A stretch of 64,000 nt of DNA from Eledone cirrhosa. Its lineage: Eukaryota. Positions 11,466-26,400 of this stretch are shown in pieces. Location of the stretch: contig OZ024765.1 in assembly GCA_964016885.1 (NCBI GenBank), positions 22,072,001 through 22,136,000 on the forward strand, in the 5' to 3' direction. Below the pieces are notes generated by a model. It made no database searches and was not told the DNA's origin. It saw only the letters and a list, made by a program, of their open reading frames with translations. Within the stretch, counting starts at the first letter, position 1. Each line of letters opens with the position of its first letter. The translations under genes and the position numbers were made by a program.

Positions 11466-14400
11466 TGTATGTTGTATATATTTGTAAGTCCCGTGGTACT
11501 CTATATAATATATATACAGTACCTAGTAGTGCTATCTTTTGTATGTTATATATATTTGTAAGTCCTGTGGTACTCTATATAATATATATAGTGTCGAGTA
11601 GTGCTATATTTTGTATGTTGTATATATTTGTAAGTCCTGTGGTACTCTATATAATATATATACAGTACCTAGTAGTGTTATCTTCTGTATGTTGTATATA
11701 TTTGTAAGTCCTGTGGTACTCTATATAATATATATACAGTACCTAGTAGTGCTATCTTTTGTATGTTGTATATATTTGTAAGCCCTGTGGTACTCTATAT
11801 AATATATATACAGTACCTAGTAGTGTTATCTTTTGTATGTTATGTATATTTGTAAGCCCTGTGGTACTCTATATAATATATATACAGTACCTAGTAGTGT
11901 TATCTTCTGTATGTTATATATATTTGTAAGTCCTGTGGTACTCTATATAATATATATACAGTACCTAGTAGTGCTATCTTCTGTATGCTGTATATATTTG
12001 TAAGTCCTGTGGTACTCTATATAATATATATACAGTGCCTAGTAGTGCTATCTTCTGTATGTTGTATATATTTGTAAGTCCTGTGGTACTCTATATAATA
12101 TATATACAGTACCTAGTAGTGCTATCTTTTGTATACTGTATATATTTGTAAGTCCTGGGGTACTCTATGATATATATACAGTACCTAGTAGTGCTATCTT
12201 TTGTATGTTGTATATATTTGTAAGTCCTGTTGTACTCTATATAATATATATATACAGTGCCTAGTAGTGCTATCTTTTGTATGTTGTATATATTTGTAAG
12301 TCCTGTGGTACTCTAAATATATATACAGTACCTAGTAGTGCTATCTTTTGTATACTGTATATATTTGTAAGTCCTGGGGTACTCTATGATATATATACAG
12401 TACCTAGTAGTGCTATCTTTTGTATGTTGTATATATTTGTAAGTCCTGTGGTACTCTATATAATATATATATACAGTACCTAGTAGTGCTATCTTTTGTA
12501 TGTTGTATATATTTGTAAGTCCTGTGGTACTCTATATAATATATATACAGTACCTAGTAGTGCTATCTTTTGTATGTTGTATATATTTGTAAGTCCTGTG
12601 GTACTCTATATAATATATATACAGTACCTAGTAGTGCTATCTTTTGTATGTTGTATATATTTGTAAGTCCTGTGGTACTCTATATGATATATATACAGTA
12701 CCTAGTAGTGCTATCTTTTGTATACTGTATATATTTGTAAGTCCTGTGGTACTCTATATAATATATATAGTGTCTAGTAGTGCTATCTTTTGTATGTTGT
12801 ATATATTTGTAAGTCCTGTGATACTCTATATAATATATATATATACAGTACCTAGTAGTGCTATCTTCTGTATGCTGTATATATTTGTAAGTCCTGTGGT
12901 ACTCTATATAATATATATACAGTGCCTAGTAGTGCTATCTTTTGTATGTTGTATATATTTGTAAGTCCTGTGATACTCTATATAATATATATACAGTACT
13001 TAGTAGTGCTATCTTTTGTATACTGTATATATTTGTAAGTCCTGTGGTACTCTATATAATATATATACAGTACTTAGTAGTGCTATCTTTTGTATACTGT
13101 ATATATTTGTAAGTCCTGTGGTACTCTATATAATATATATACAGTACCTAGTAGTGCTATCTTCTGTATGCTGTATATATTTGTAAGTCCTGTGGTACTC
13201 TATATAATATATATACAGTGCCTAGTAGTGCTATCTTTTGTATGTTGTATATATTTGTAAGTCCTGTGGTACTCTATGATATATATATACAGTACCTAGT
13301 AGTGCTATCTTTTGTATGTTGTATATATTTGTAAGTCCTGTGGTACTCTATATAATATATATACAGTACCTAGTAGTGCTATCTTTTGTATACTGTATAT
13401 ATTTGTAAGTCCTGTGGTACTCTATATAATATATATATACAGTACCTAGTAGTGCTATCTTCTGTATGCTGTATATATTTGTAAGTCCTGTGGTACTCTA
13501 TATAATATATATATACAGTACCTAGTAGTGCTATCTTCTGTATGCTGTATATATTTGTAAGTCCTGTGGTACTCTATATAATATATATAGTGTCGAGTAG
13601 TGCTATATTTTGTATGCTGTATATATTTGTAAGTCCTGTGGTACTCTATATAATATATATACAGTACCTAGTAGTGCTATCTTTTGTATACTGTATATAT
13701 TTGTAAGTCCTGCGGTACTCTATATAATATATATAGTGTCGAGTAGTGCTATCTTTTGTATGTTGTATATATTTGTAAGTCCTGTGGTACTCTATATAAT
13801 ATATATACAGTACCTAGTAGTGCTATCTTCTGTATGTTGTATATATTTGTAAGTCCTGTGGTACTCTATATATATATATATACAGTACCTAGTAGTGCTA
13901 TCTTTTGTATACTGTATATATTTGTAAGTCCTGGGGTACTCTATGATATATATACAGTACCTAGTAGTGCTATCTTTTGTATGTTGTATATATTTGTAAG
14001 TCCTGTTGTACTCTATATAATATATATATACAGTGCCTAGTAGTGCTATCTTTTGTATGTTGTATATATTTGTAAGTCCTGGGGTACTCTATGATATATA
14101 TACAGTACCTAGTAGTGCTATCTTTTGTATGTTGTATATATTTGTAAGTCCTGTGGTACTCTATATAATATATATATACAGTACCTAGTAGTGCTATCTT
14201 TTGTATGTTGTATATATTTGTAAGTCCTGTGGTACTCTATATAATATATATACAGTACCTAGTAGTGCTATCTTTTGTATGTTGTATATATTTGTAAGTC
14301 CTGTGGTACTCTATATAATATATATACAGTACCTAGTAGTGCTATCTTTTGTATGTTGTATATATTTGTAAGTCCTGTGGTACTCTATATAATATATATA

Positions 14401-17400
14401 CAGTACCTAGTAGTGCTATCTTTTGTATACTGTATATATTTGTAAGTCCTGTGGTACTCTATATAATATATATAGTGTCTAGTAGTGCTATCTTTTGTAT
14501 GTTGTATATATTTGTAAGTCCTGTGATACTCTATATAATATCTATATATACAGTACCTAGTAGTGCTATCTTCTGTATGCTGTATATATTTGTAAGTCCT
14601 GTGGTACTCTATATAATATATATACAGTGCCTAGTAGTGCTATCTTTTGTATGTTGTATATATTTGTAAGTCCTGTGATACTCTATATAATATATATACA
14701 GTACTTAGTAGTGCTATCTTTTGTATACTGTATATATTTGTAAGTCCTGTGGTACTCTATATAATATATATACAGTACTTAGTAGTGCTATCTTTTGTAT
14801 ACTGTATATATTTGTAAGTCCTGTGGTACTCTATATAATATATATACAGTACCTAGTAGTGCTATCTTCTGTATGCTGTATATATTTGTAAGTCCTGTGG
14901 TACTCTATATAATATATATATATACAGTACCTAGTAGTGCTATCTTCTGTATGCTGTATATATTTGTAAGTCCTGTGGTACTCTATATAATATATATACA
15001 GTACCTAGTAGTGTTATCTTTTGTATGTTATATATATTTGTAAGTCCTGTGGTACTCTATATAATATATATACAGTACCTAGTAGTGCTATCTTTTGTAT
15101 GTTGTATATATTTGTAAGTCCTGTGGTACTCTATATAATATATATACAGTACCTAGTAGTGCTATCTTCTGTATGCTGTATATATTTGTAAGTCCTGTGG
15201 TACTCTATATAATATATATATATACAGTACCTAGTAGTGCTATCTTCTGTATGCTGTATATATTTGTAAGTCCTGTGGTACTCTATATAATATATATACA
15301 GTACCTAGTAGTGTTATCTTTTGTATGTTATATATATTTGTAAGTCCTGTGGTACTCTATATAATATATATACAGTACCTAGTAGTGCTATCTTTTGTAT
15401 GTTGTATATATTTGTAAGTCCTGTGGTACTCTATGATATATATATACAGTACCTAGTAGTGCTATCTTTTGTATGTTGTATATATTTGTAAGTCCTGGGG
15501 TACTCTATATAATATATATACAGTGCCTAGTAGTGCTATCTTTTGTATACTGTATATATTTGTAAGTCCTGCGGTACTCTATATAATATATATAGTGTCG
15601 AGTAGTGCTATCTTTTGTATGTTGTATATATTTGTAAGTCCTGTGGTACTCTATATAATATATATACAGTACCTAGTAGTGCTATCTTCTGTATGTTGTA
15701 TATATTTGTAAGTCCTGTGGTACTCTATATATATATATATACAGTACCTAGTAGTGCTATCTTCTGTATGTTGTATATATTTGTAAGTCCTGTGGTACTC
15801 TATATAATATATATACAGTACCTAGTAGTGCTATCTTCTGTATGTTGTATATATTTGTAAGTCCTGTGGTACTCTATATAATATATATACAGTACCTAGT
15901 AGTGCTATCTTCTGTATGTTGTATATATTTGTAAGTCCTGTGGTACTCTATATAATATATATATATACAGTACCTAGTAGTGCTATCTTCTGTATGCTGT
16001 ATATATTTGTAAGTCCTGTGGTACTCTATATAATATATATACAGTACCTAGTAGTGTTATCTTTTGTATGTTATATATATTTGTAAGTCCTGTGGTACTC
16101 TATATAATATATATACAGTACCTAGTAGTGCTATCTTTTGTATGTTGTATATATTTGTAAGTCCTGTGGTACTCTATATATATATATATATATACAGTAC
16201 CTAGTAGTGCTATCTTTTGTATGTTGTATATATTTGTAAGTCCTGTGGTAGTCTATGATATATATACAGTACCTAGTAGTGCTATCTTTTGTATGTTGTA
16301 TATATTTGTAAGTCCTGTGGTACTCTATATAATATATATACAGTACCTAGTAGTGCTATCTTTTGTATACTGTATATATTTGTAAGTCCTGTGGTACTCT
16401 ATATAATATATATACAGTGCCTAGTAGTGCTATCTTCTGTATGTTGTATATATTTGTAAGTCCTGTGGTACTCTATATAATATATATACAGTACCTAGTA
16501 GTGCTATCTTTTGTATACTGTATATATTTGTAAGTCCTGGGGTACTCTATGATATATATTCAGTACCTAGTAGTGCTATCTTTTGTATGTTGTATATATT
16601 TGTAAGTCCTGTTGTACTCTATATAATATATATATACAGTGCCTAGTAGTGCTATCTTTTGTATGTTGTATATATTTGTAAGTCCTGTGGTACTCTAAAT
16701 ATATATACAGTACCTAGTAGTGCTATCTTTTGTATACTGTATATATTTGTAAGTCCTGGGGTACTCTATGATATATATACAGTACCTAGTAGTGCCATCT
16801 TTTGTATGTTGTATATATTTGTAAGTCCTGTGGTACTCTATATAATATATATATACAGTACCTAGTAGTGCTATCTTTTGTATGTTGTATATATTTGTAA
16901 GTCCTGTGGTACTCTATATAATATATATACAGTACCTAGTAGTGCTATCTTTTGTATGTTGTATATATTTGTAAGTCCTGTGGTACTCTATATAATATAT
17001 ATACAGTACCTAGTAGTGCTATCTTTTGTATGTTGTATATATTTGTAAGTCCTGTGGTACTCTATATGATATATATACAGTACCTAGTAGTGCTATCTTT
17101 TGTATACTGTATATATTTGTAAGTCCTGTGGTACTCTATATAATATATATAGTGTCTAGTAGTGCTATCTTTTGTATGTTGTATATATTTGTAAGTCCTG
17201 TGATACTCTATATAATATATATATATACAGTACCTAGTAGTGCTATCTTCTGTATGCTGTATATATTTGTAAGTCCTGTGATACTCTATATAATATATAT
17301 ATATACAGTACCTAGTAGTGCTATCTTCTGTATGCTGTATATATTTGTAAGTCCTGTGGTACTCTATATAATATATATACAGTACCTAGTAGTGCTATCT

Positions 17401-20400
17401 TCTGTATGCTGTATATATTTGTAAGGCCTGTGGTACTCTATATAATATATATACAGTACCTAGTAGTGTTATCTTTTGTATGTTATATATATTTGTAAGT
17501 CCTGTGGTACTCTATATAATATATATACAGTACCTAATAGTGCTATCTTTTGTATGTTGTATATATTTGTAAGTCCTGTGGTACTGTATATATATATATA
17601 TATATACAGTAAGTACCTAGTAGTGCTATCTTTTGTATGTTGTATATATTTGTAAGTCCTGTGGTACTCTATGATATATATATACAATACCTCGTAGTGC
17701 TATCTTTTGTATGTTGTATATATTTGTAAGTCCTGTGGTACTCTATATAATATATATACAGTACCTAGTAGTGCTATCTTTTGTATACTGTATATATTTG
17801 TAAGTCCTGTGGTACTCTATATAATATATATATACAGTACCTAGTAGTGCTATCTTCTGTATGCTGTATATATTTGTAAGTCCTGTGGTACTCTATATAA
17901 TATATATATACAGTACCTAGTAGTGCTATCTTCTGTATGCTGTATATATTTGTAAGTCCTGTGGTACTCTATATAATATATATAGTGTCGAGTAGTGCTA
18001 TCTTTTGTATGTTGTATATATTTGTAAGTCCTGTGGTACTGTATATATATATATATACAGTAAGTACCTAGTAGTGCTATCTTCTGTATGCTGTATATAT
18101 ATTTGTAAGTCCTGTGGTACTCTATATAATATATATACAGTACCTAGTAGTGCTATCTTTTGTATACTGTATATATTTGTAAGTCCTGTGGTACTCTATA
18201 TAATATATATATATACAGTACCTAGTAGTGCTATCTTCTGTATGCTGTATATATTTGTAAGTCCTGTGGTACTCTATATAATATATATACAGTACCTAGT
18301 AGTGCTATCTTTTGTATACTGTATATATTTGTAAGTCCTGTGGTACTCTATATAATATATATATACAGTACCTAGTAGTGCTATCTTCTGTATGCTGTAT
18401 ATATTTGTAAGTCCTGTGGTACTCTATATAATATATATATACAGTACCTAGTAGTGCTATCTTCTGTATGCTGTATATATTTGTAAGTCCTGTGGTACTC
18501 TATATAATATATATAGTGTCGAGTAGTGCTATATTTTGTATGCTGTATATATTTGTAAGTCCTGTGGTACTCTATATAATATATATACAGTACCTAGTAG
18601 TGCTATCTTTTGTATGTTATATATATTTGTAAGTCCTGTGGTACTCTATATAATATATATAGTGTCGAGTAGTGCTATATTTTGTATGTTGTATATATTT
18701 GTAAGTCCTGTGGTACTCTATATAATATATATACAGTACCTAGTAGTGTTATCTTCTGTATGTTGTATATATTTGTAAGTCCTGTGGTACTCTATATAAT
18801 ATATATACAGTACCTAGTAGTGCTATCTTTTGTATGTTGTATATATTTGTAAGCCCTGTGGTACTCTATATAATATATATACAGTACCTAGTAGTGTTAT
18901 CTTTTGTATGTTATGTATATTTGTAAGCCCTGTGGTACTCTATATAATATATATACAGTACCTAGTAGTGTTATCTTCTGTATGTTATATATATTTGTAA
19001 GTCCTGTGGTACTCTATATAATATATATACAGTACCTAGTAGTGCTATCTTCTGTATGCTGTATATATTTGTAAGTCCTGTGGTACTCTATATAATATAT
19101 ATACAGTGCCTAGTAGTGCTATCTTCTGTATGTTGTATATATTTGTAAGTCCTGTGGTACTCTATATAATATATATACAGTACCTAGTAGTGCTATCTTT
19201 TGTATACTGTATATATTTGTAAGTCCTGGGGTACTCTATGATATATATACAGTACCTAGTAGTGCTATCTTTTGTATGTTGTATATATTTGTAAGTCCTG
19301 TTGTACTCTATATAATATATATATACAGTGCCTAGTAGTGCTATCTTTTGTATGTTGTATATATTTGTAAGTCCTGTGGTACTCTAAATATATATACAGT
19401 ACCTAGTAGTGCTATCTTTTGTATACTGTATATATTTGTAAGTCCTGGGGTACTCTATGATATATATACAGTACCTAGTAGTGCTATCTTTTGTATGTTG
19501 TATATATTTGTAAGTCCTGTGGTACTCTATATAATATATATATACAGTACCTAGTAGTGCTATCTTTTGTATGTTGTATATATTTGTAAGTCCTGTGGTA
19601 CTCTATATAATATATATACAGTACCTAGTAGTGCTATCTTTTGTATGTTGTATATATTTGTAAGTCCTGTGGTACTCTATATAATATATATACAGTACCT
19701 AGTAGTGCTATCTTTTGTATGTTGTATATATTTGTAAGTCCTGTGGTACTCTATATGATATATATACAGTACCTAGTAGTGCTATCTTTTGTATACTGTA
19801 TATATTTGTAAGTCCTGTGGTACTCTATATAATATATATAGTGTCTAGTAGTGCTATCTTTTGTATGTTGTATATATTTGTAAGTCCTGTGATACTCTAT
19901 ATAATATATATATATACAGTACCTAGTAGTGCTATCTTCTGTATGCTGTATATATTTGTAAGTCCTGTGGTACTCTATATAATATATATACAGTGCCTAG
20001 TAGTGCTATCTTTTGTATGTTGTATATATTTGTAAGTCCTGTGATACTCTATATAATATATATACAGTACTTAGTAGTGCTATCTTTTGTATACTGTATA
20101 TATTTGTAAGTCCTGTGGTACTCTATATAATATATATACAGTACTTAGTAGTGCTATCTTTTGTATACTGTATATATTTGTAAGTCCTGTGGTACTCTAT
20201 ATAATATATATACAGTACCTAGTAGTGCTATCTTCTGTATGCTGTATATATTTGTAAGTCCTGTGGTACTCTATATAATATATATACAGTGCCTAGTAGT
20301 GCTATCTTTTGTATGTTGTATATATTTGTAAGTCCTGTGGTACTCTATGATATATATATACAGTACCTAGTAGTGCTATCTTTTGTATGTTGTATATATT

Positions 20401-23400
20401 TGTAAGTCCTGTGGTACTCTATATAATATATATACAGTACCTAGTAGTGCTATCTTTTGTATACTGTATATATTTGTAAGTCCTGTGGTACTCTATATAA
20501 TATATATATACAGTACCTAGTAGTGCTATCTTCTGTATGCTGTATATATTTGTAAGTCCTGTGGTACTCTATATAATATATATATACAGTACCTAGTAGT
20601 GCTATCTTCTGTATGCTGTATATATTTGTAAGTCCTGTGGTACTCTATATAATATATATAGTGTCGAGTAGTGCTATATTTTGTATGCTGTATATATTTG
20701 TAAGTCCTGTGGTACTCTATATAATATATATACAGTACCTAGTAGTGCTATCTTTTGTATACTGTATATATTTGTAAGTCCTGCGGTACTCTATATAATA
20801 TATATAGTGTCGAGTAGTGCTATCTTTTGTATGTTGTATATATTTGTAAGTCCTGTGGTACTCTATATAATATATATACAGTACCTAGTAGTGCTATCTT
20901 CTGTATGTTGTATATATTTGTAAGTCCTGTGGTACTCTATATATATATATATACAGTACCTAGTAGTGCTATCTTTTGTATACTGTATATATTTGTAAGT
21001 CCTGGGGTACTCTATGATATATATACAGTACCTAGTAGTGCTATCTTTTGTATGTTGTATATATTTGTAAGTCCTGTTGTACTCTATATAATATATATAT
21101 ACAGTGCCTAGTAGTGCTATCTTTTGTATGTTGTATATATTTGTAAGTCCTGGGGTACTCTATGATATATATACAGTACCTAGTAGTGCTATCTTTTGTA
21201 TGTTGTATATATTTGTAAGTCCTGTGGTACTCTATATAATATATATATACAGTACCTAGTAGTGCTATCTTTTGTATGTTGTATATATTTGTAAGTCCTG
21301 TGGTACTCTATATAATATATATACAGTACCTAGTAGTGCTATCTTTTGTATGTTGTATATATTTGTAAGTCCTGTGGTACTCTATATAATATATATACAG
21401 TACCTAGTAGTGCTATCTTTTGTATGTTGTATATATTTGTAAGTCCTGTGGTACTCTATATAATATATATACAGTACCTAGTAGTGCTATCTTTTGTATA
21501 CTGTATATATTTGTAAGTCCTGTGGTACTCTATATAATATATATAGTGTCTAGTAGTGCTATCTTTTGTATGTTGTATATATTTGTAAGTCCTGTGATAC
21601 TCTATATAATATCTATATATACAGTACCTAGTAGTGCTATCTTCTGTATGCTGTATATATTTGTAAGTCCTGTGGTACTCTATATAATATATATACAGTG
21701 CCTAGTAGTGCTATCTTTTGTATGTTGTATATATTTGTAAGTCCTGTGATACTCTATATAATATATATACAGTACTTAGTAGTGCTATCTTTTGTATACT
21801 GTATATATTTGTAAGTCCTGTGGTACTCTATATAATATATATACAGTACTTAGTAGTGCTATCTTTTGTATACTGTATATATTTGTAAGTCCTGTGGTAC
21901 TCTATATAATATATATACAGTACCTAGTAGTGCTATCTTCTGTATGCTGTATATATTTGTAAGTCCTGTGGTACTCTATATAATATATATATATACAGTA
22001 CCTAGTAGTGCTATCTTCTGTATGCTGTATATATTTGTAAGTCCTGTGGTACTCTATATAATATATATACAGTACCTAGTAGTGTTATCTTTTGTATGTT
22101 ATATATATTTGTAAGTCCTGTGGTACTCTATATAATATATATACAGTACCTAGTAGTGCTATCTTTTGTATGTTGTATATATTTGTAAGTCCTGTGGTAC
22201 TCTATATAATATATATACAGTACCTAGTAGTGCTATCTTCTGTATGCTGTATATATTTGTAAGTCCTGTGGTACTCTATATAATATATATATATACAGTA
22301 CCTAGTAGTGCTATCTTCTGTATGCTGTATATATTTGTAAGTCCTGTGGTACTCTATATAATATATATACAGTACCTAGTAGTGTTATCTTTTGTATGTT
22401 ATATATATTTGTAAGTCCTGTGGTACTCTATATAATATATATACAGTACCTAGTAGTGCTATCTTTTGTATGTTGTATATATTTGTAAGTCCTGTGGTAC
22501 TCTATGATATATATATACAGTACCTAGTAGTGCTATCTTTTGTATGTTGTATATATTTGTAAGTCCTGGGGTACTCTATATAATATATATACAGTGCCTA
22601 GTAGTGCTATCTTTTGTATACTGTATATATTTGTAAGTCCTGCGGTACTCTATATAATATATATAGTGTCGAGTAGTGCTATCTTTTGTATGTTGTATAT
22701 ATTTGTAAGTCCTGTGGTACTCTATATAATATATATACAGTACCTAGTAGTGCTATCTTCTGTATGTTGTATATATTTGTAAGTCCTGTGGTACTCTATA
22801 TATATATATATACAGTACCTAGTAGTGCTATCTTCTGTATGTTGTATATATTTGTAAGTCCTGTGGTACTCTATATAATATATATACAGTACCTAGTAGT
22901 GCTATCTTCTGTATGTTGTATATATTTGTAAGTCCTGTGGTACTCTATATAATATATATACAGTACCTAGTAGTGCTATCTTCTGTATGTTGTATATATT
23001 TGTAAGTCCTGTGGTACTCTATATAATATATATATATACAGTACCTAGTAGTGCTATCTTCTGTATGCTGTATATATTTGTAAGTCCTGTGGTACTCTAT
23101 ATAATATATATACAGTACCTAGTAGTGTTATCTTTTGTATGTTATATATATTTGTAAGTCCTGTGGTACTCTATATAATATATATACAGTACCTAGTAGT
23201 GCTATCTTTTGTATGTTGTATATATTTGTAAGTCCTGTGGTACTCTATATATATATATATATATACAGTACCTAGTAGTGCTATCTTTTGTATGTTGTAT
23301 ATATTTGTAAGTCCTGTGGTAGTCTATGATATATATACAGTACCTAGTAGTGCTATCTTTTGTATGTTGTATATATTTGTAAGTCCTGTGGTACTCTATA

Positions 23401-26400
23401 TAATATATATACAGTACCTAGTAGTGCTATCTTTTGTATACTGTATATATTTGTAAGTCCTGTGGTACTCTATATAATATATATACAGTGCCTAGTAGTG
23501 CTATCTTCTGTATGTTGTATATATTTGTAAGTCCTGTGGTACTCTATATAATATATATACAGTACCTAGTAGTGCTATCTTTTGTATACTGTATATATTT
23601 GTAAGTCCTGGGGTACTCTATGATATATATTCAGTACCTAGTAGTGCTATCTTTTGTATGTTGTATATATTTGTAAGTCCTGTTGTACTCTATATAATAT
23701 ATATATACAGTGCCTAGTAGTGCTATCTTTTGTATGTTGTATATATTTGTAAGTCCTGTGGTACTCTAAATATATATACAGTACCTAGTAGTGCTATCTT
23801 TTGTATACTGTATATATTTGTAAGTCCTGGGGTACTCTATGATATATATACAGTACCTAGTAGTGCCATCTTTTGTATGTTGTATATATTTGTAAGTCCT
23901 GTGGTACTCTATATAATATATATATACAGTACCTAGTAGTGCTATCTTTTGTATGTTGTATATATTTGTAAGTCCTGTGGTACTCTATATAATATATATA
24001 CAGTACCTAGTAGTGCTATCTTTTGTATGTTGTATATATTTGTAAGTCCTGTGGTACTCTATATAATATATATACAGTACCTAGTAGTGCTATCTTTTGT
24101 ATGTTGTATATATTTGTAAGTCCTGTGGTACTCTATATGATATATATACAGTACCTAGTAGTGCTATCTTTTGTATACTGTATATATTTGTAAGTCCTGT
24201 GGTACTCTATATAATATATATAGTGTCTAGTAGTGCTATCTTTTGTATGTTGTATATATTTGTAAGTCCTGTGATACTCTATATAATATATATATATACA
24301 GTACCTAGTAGTGCTATCTTCTGTATGCTGTATATATTTGTAAGTCCTGTGATACTCTATATAATATATATATATACAGTACCTAGTAGTGCTATCTTCT
24401 GTATGCTGTATATATTTGTAAGTCCTGTGGTACTCTATATAATATATATACAGTACCTAGTAGTGCTATCTTCTGTATGCTGTATATATTTGTAAGGCCT
24501 GTGGTACTCTATATAATATATATACAGTACCTAGTAGTGTTATCTTTTGTATGTTATATATATTTGTAAGTCCTGTGGTACTCTATATAATATATATACA
24601 GTACCTAATAGTGCTATCTTTTGTATGTTGTATATATTTGTAAGTCCTGTGGTACTGTATATATATATATATATATACAGTAAGTACCTAGTAGTGCTAT
24701 CTTTTGTATGTTGTATATATTTGTAAGTCCTGTGGTACTCTATGATATATATATACAATACCTCGTAGTGCTATCTTTTGTATGTTGTATATATTTGTAA
24801 GTCCTGTGGTACTCTATATAATATATATACAGTACCTAGTAGTGCTATCTTTTGTATACTGTATATATTTGTAAGTCCTGTGGTACTCTATATAATATAT
24901 ATATACAGTACCTAGTAGTGCTATCTTCTGTATGCTGTATATATTTGTAAGTCCTGTGGTACTCTATATAATATATATATACAGTACCTAGTAGTGCTAT
25001 CTTCTGTATGCTGTATATATTTGTAAGTCCTGTGGTACTCTATATAATATATATAGTGTCGAGTAGTGCTATCTTTTGTATGTTGTATATATTTGTAAGT
25101 CCTGTGGTACTGTATATATATATATATACAGTAAGTACCTAGTAGTGCTATCTTCTGTATGCTGTATATATATTTGTAAGTCCTGTGGTACTCTATATAA
25201 TATATATACAGTACCTAGTAGTGCTATCTTTTGTATACTGTATATATTTGTAAGTCCTGTGGTACTCTATATAATATATATATATACAGTACCTAGTAGT
25301 GCTATCTTCTGTATGCTGTATATATTTGTAAGTCCTGTGGTACTCTATATAATATATATACAGTACCTAGTAGTGCTATCTTTTGTATACTGTATATATT
25401 TGTAAGTCCTGTGGTACTCTATATAATATATATATACAGTACCTAGTAGTGCTATCTTCTGTATGCTGTATATATTTGTAAGTCCTGTGGTACTCTATAT
25501 AATATATATATACAGTACCTAGTAGTGCTATCTTCTGTATGCTGTATATATTTGTAAGTCCTGTGGTACTCTATATAATATATATAGTGTCGAGTAGTGC
25601 TATATTTTGTATGCTGTATATATTTGTAAGTCCTGTGGTACTCTATATAATATATATACAGTACCTAGTAGTGCTATCTTTTGTATACTGTATATATTTG
25701 TAAGTCCTGTGGTACTCTATATAATATATATAGTGTCGAGTAGTGCTATCTTTTGTATGTTGTATATATTTGTAAGTCCTGTGGTACTCTATATAATATA
25801 TATACAGTACCTAGTAGTGCTATCTTTTGTATGTTATATATATTTGTAAGTCCTGTGGTACTCTATATAATATATATACAGTACCTAGTAGTGCTATCTT
25901 CTGTATGTTGTATATATTTGTAAGTCCTGTGGTACTCTATATAATATATATACAGTACCTAGTAGTGCTATCTTCTGTATGCTGTATATATTTGTAAGTC
26001 CTGTGGTACTCTATATATATATATATATACAGTACCTAGTAGTGCTATCTTTTGTATGTTGTATATATTTGTAAGTCCTGTGGTACTCTATGATATATAT
26101 ACAGTACCTAGTAGTGCTATCTTTTGTATGTTGTATATATTTGTAAGTCCTGTGGTACTCTATATAATATATATATATACAGTACCTAGTAGTGCTATCT
26201 TCTGTATGCTGTATATATTTGTAAGTCCTGTGGTACTCTATATAATATATATACAGTACCTAGTAGTGCTATCTTTTGTATGTTGTATATATTTGTAAGT
26301 CCTGTGGTACTCTATATATATATATATATACAGTACCTAGTAGTGCTATCTTTTGTATGTTGTATATATTTGTAAGTCCTGTGGTACTCTATGATATATA

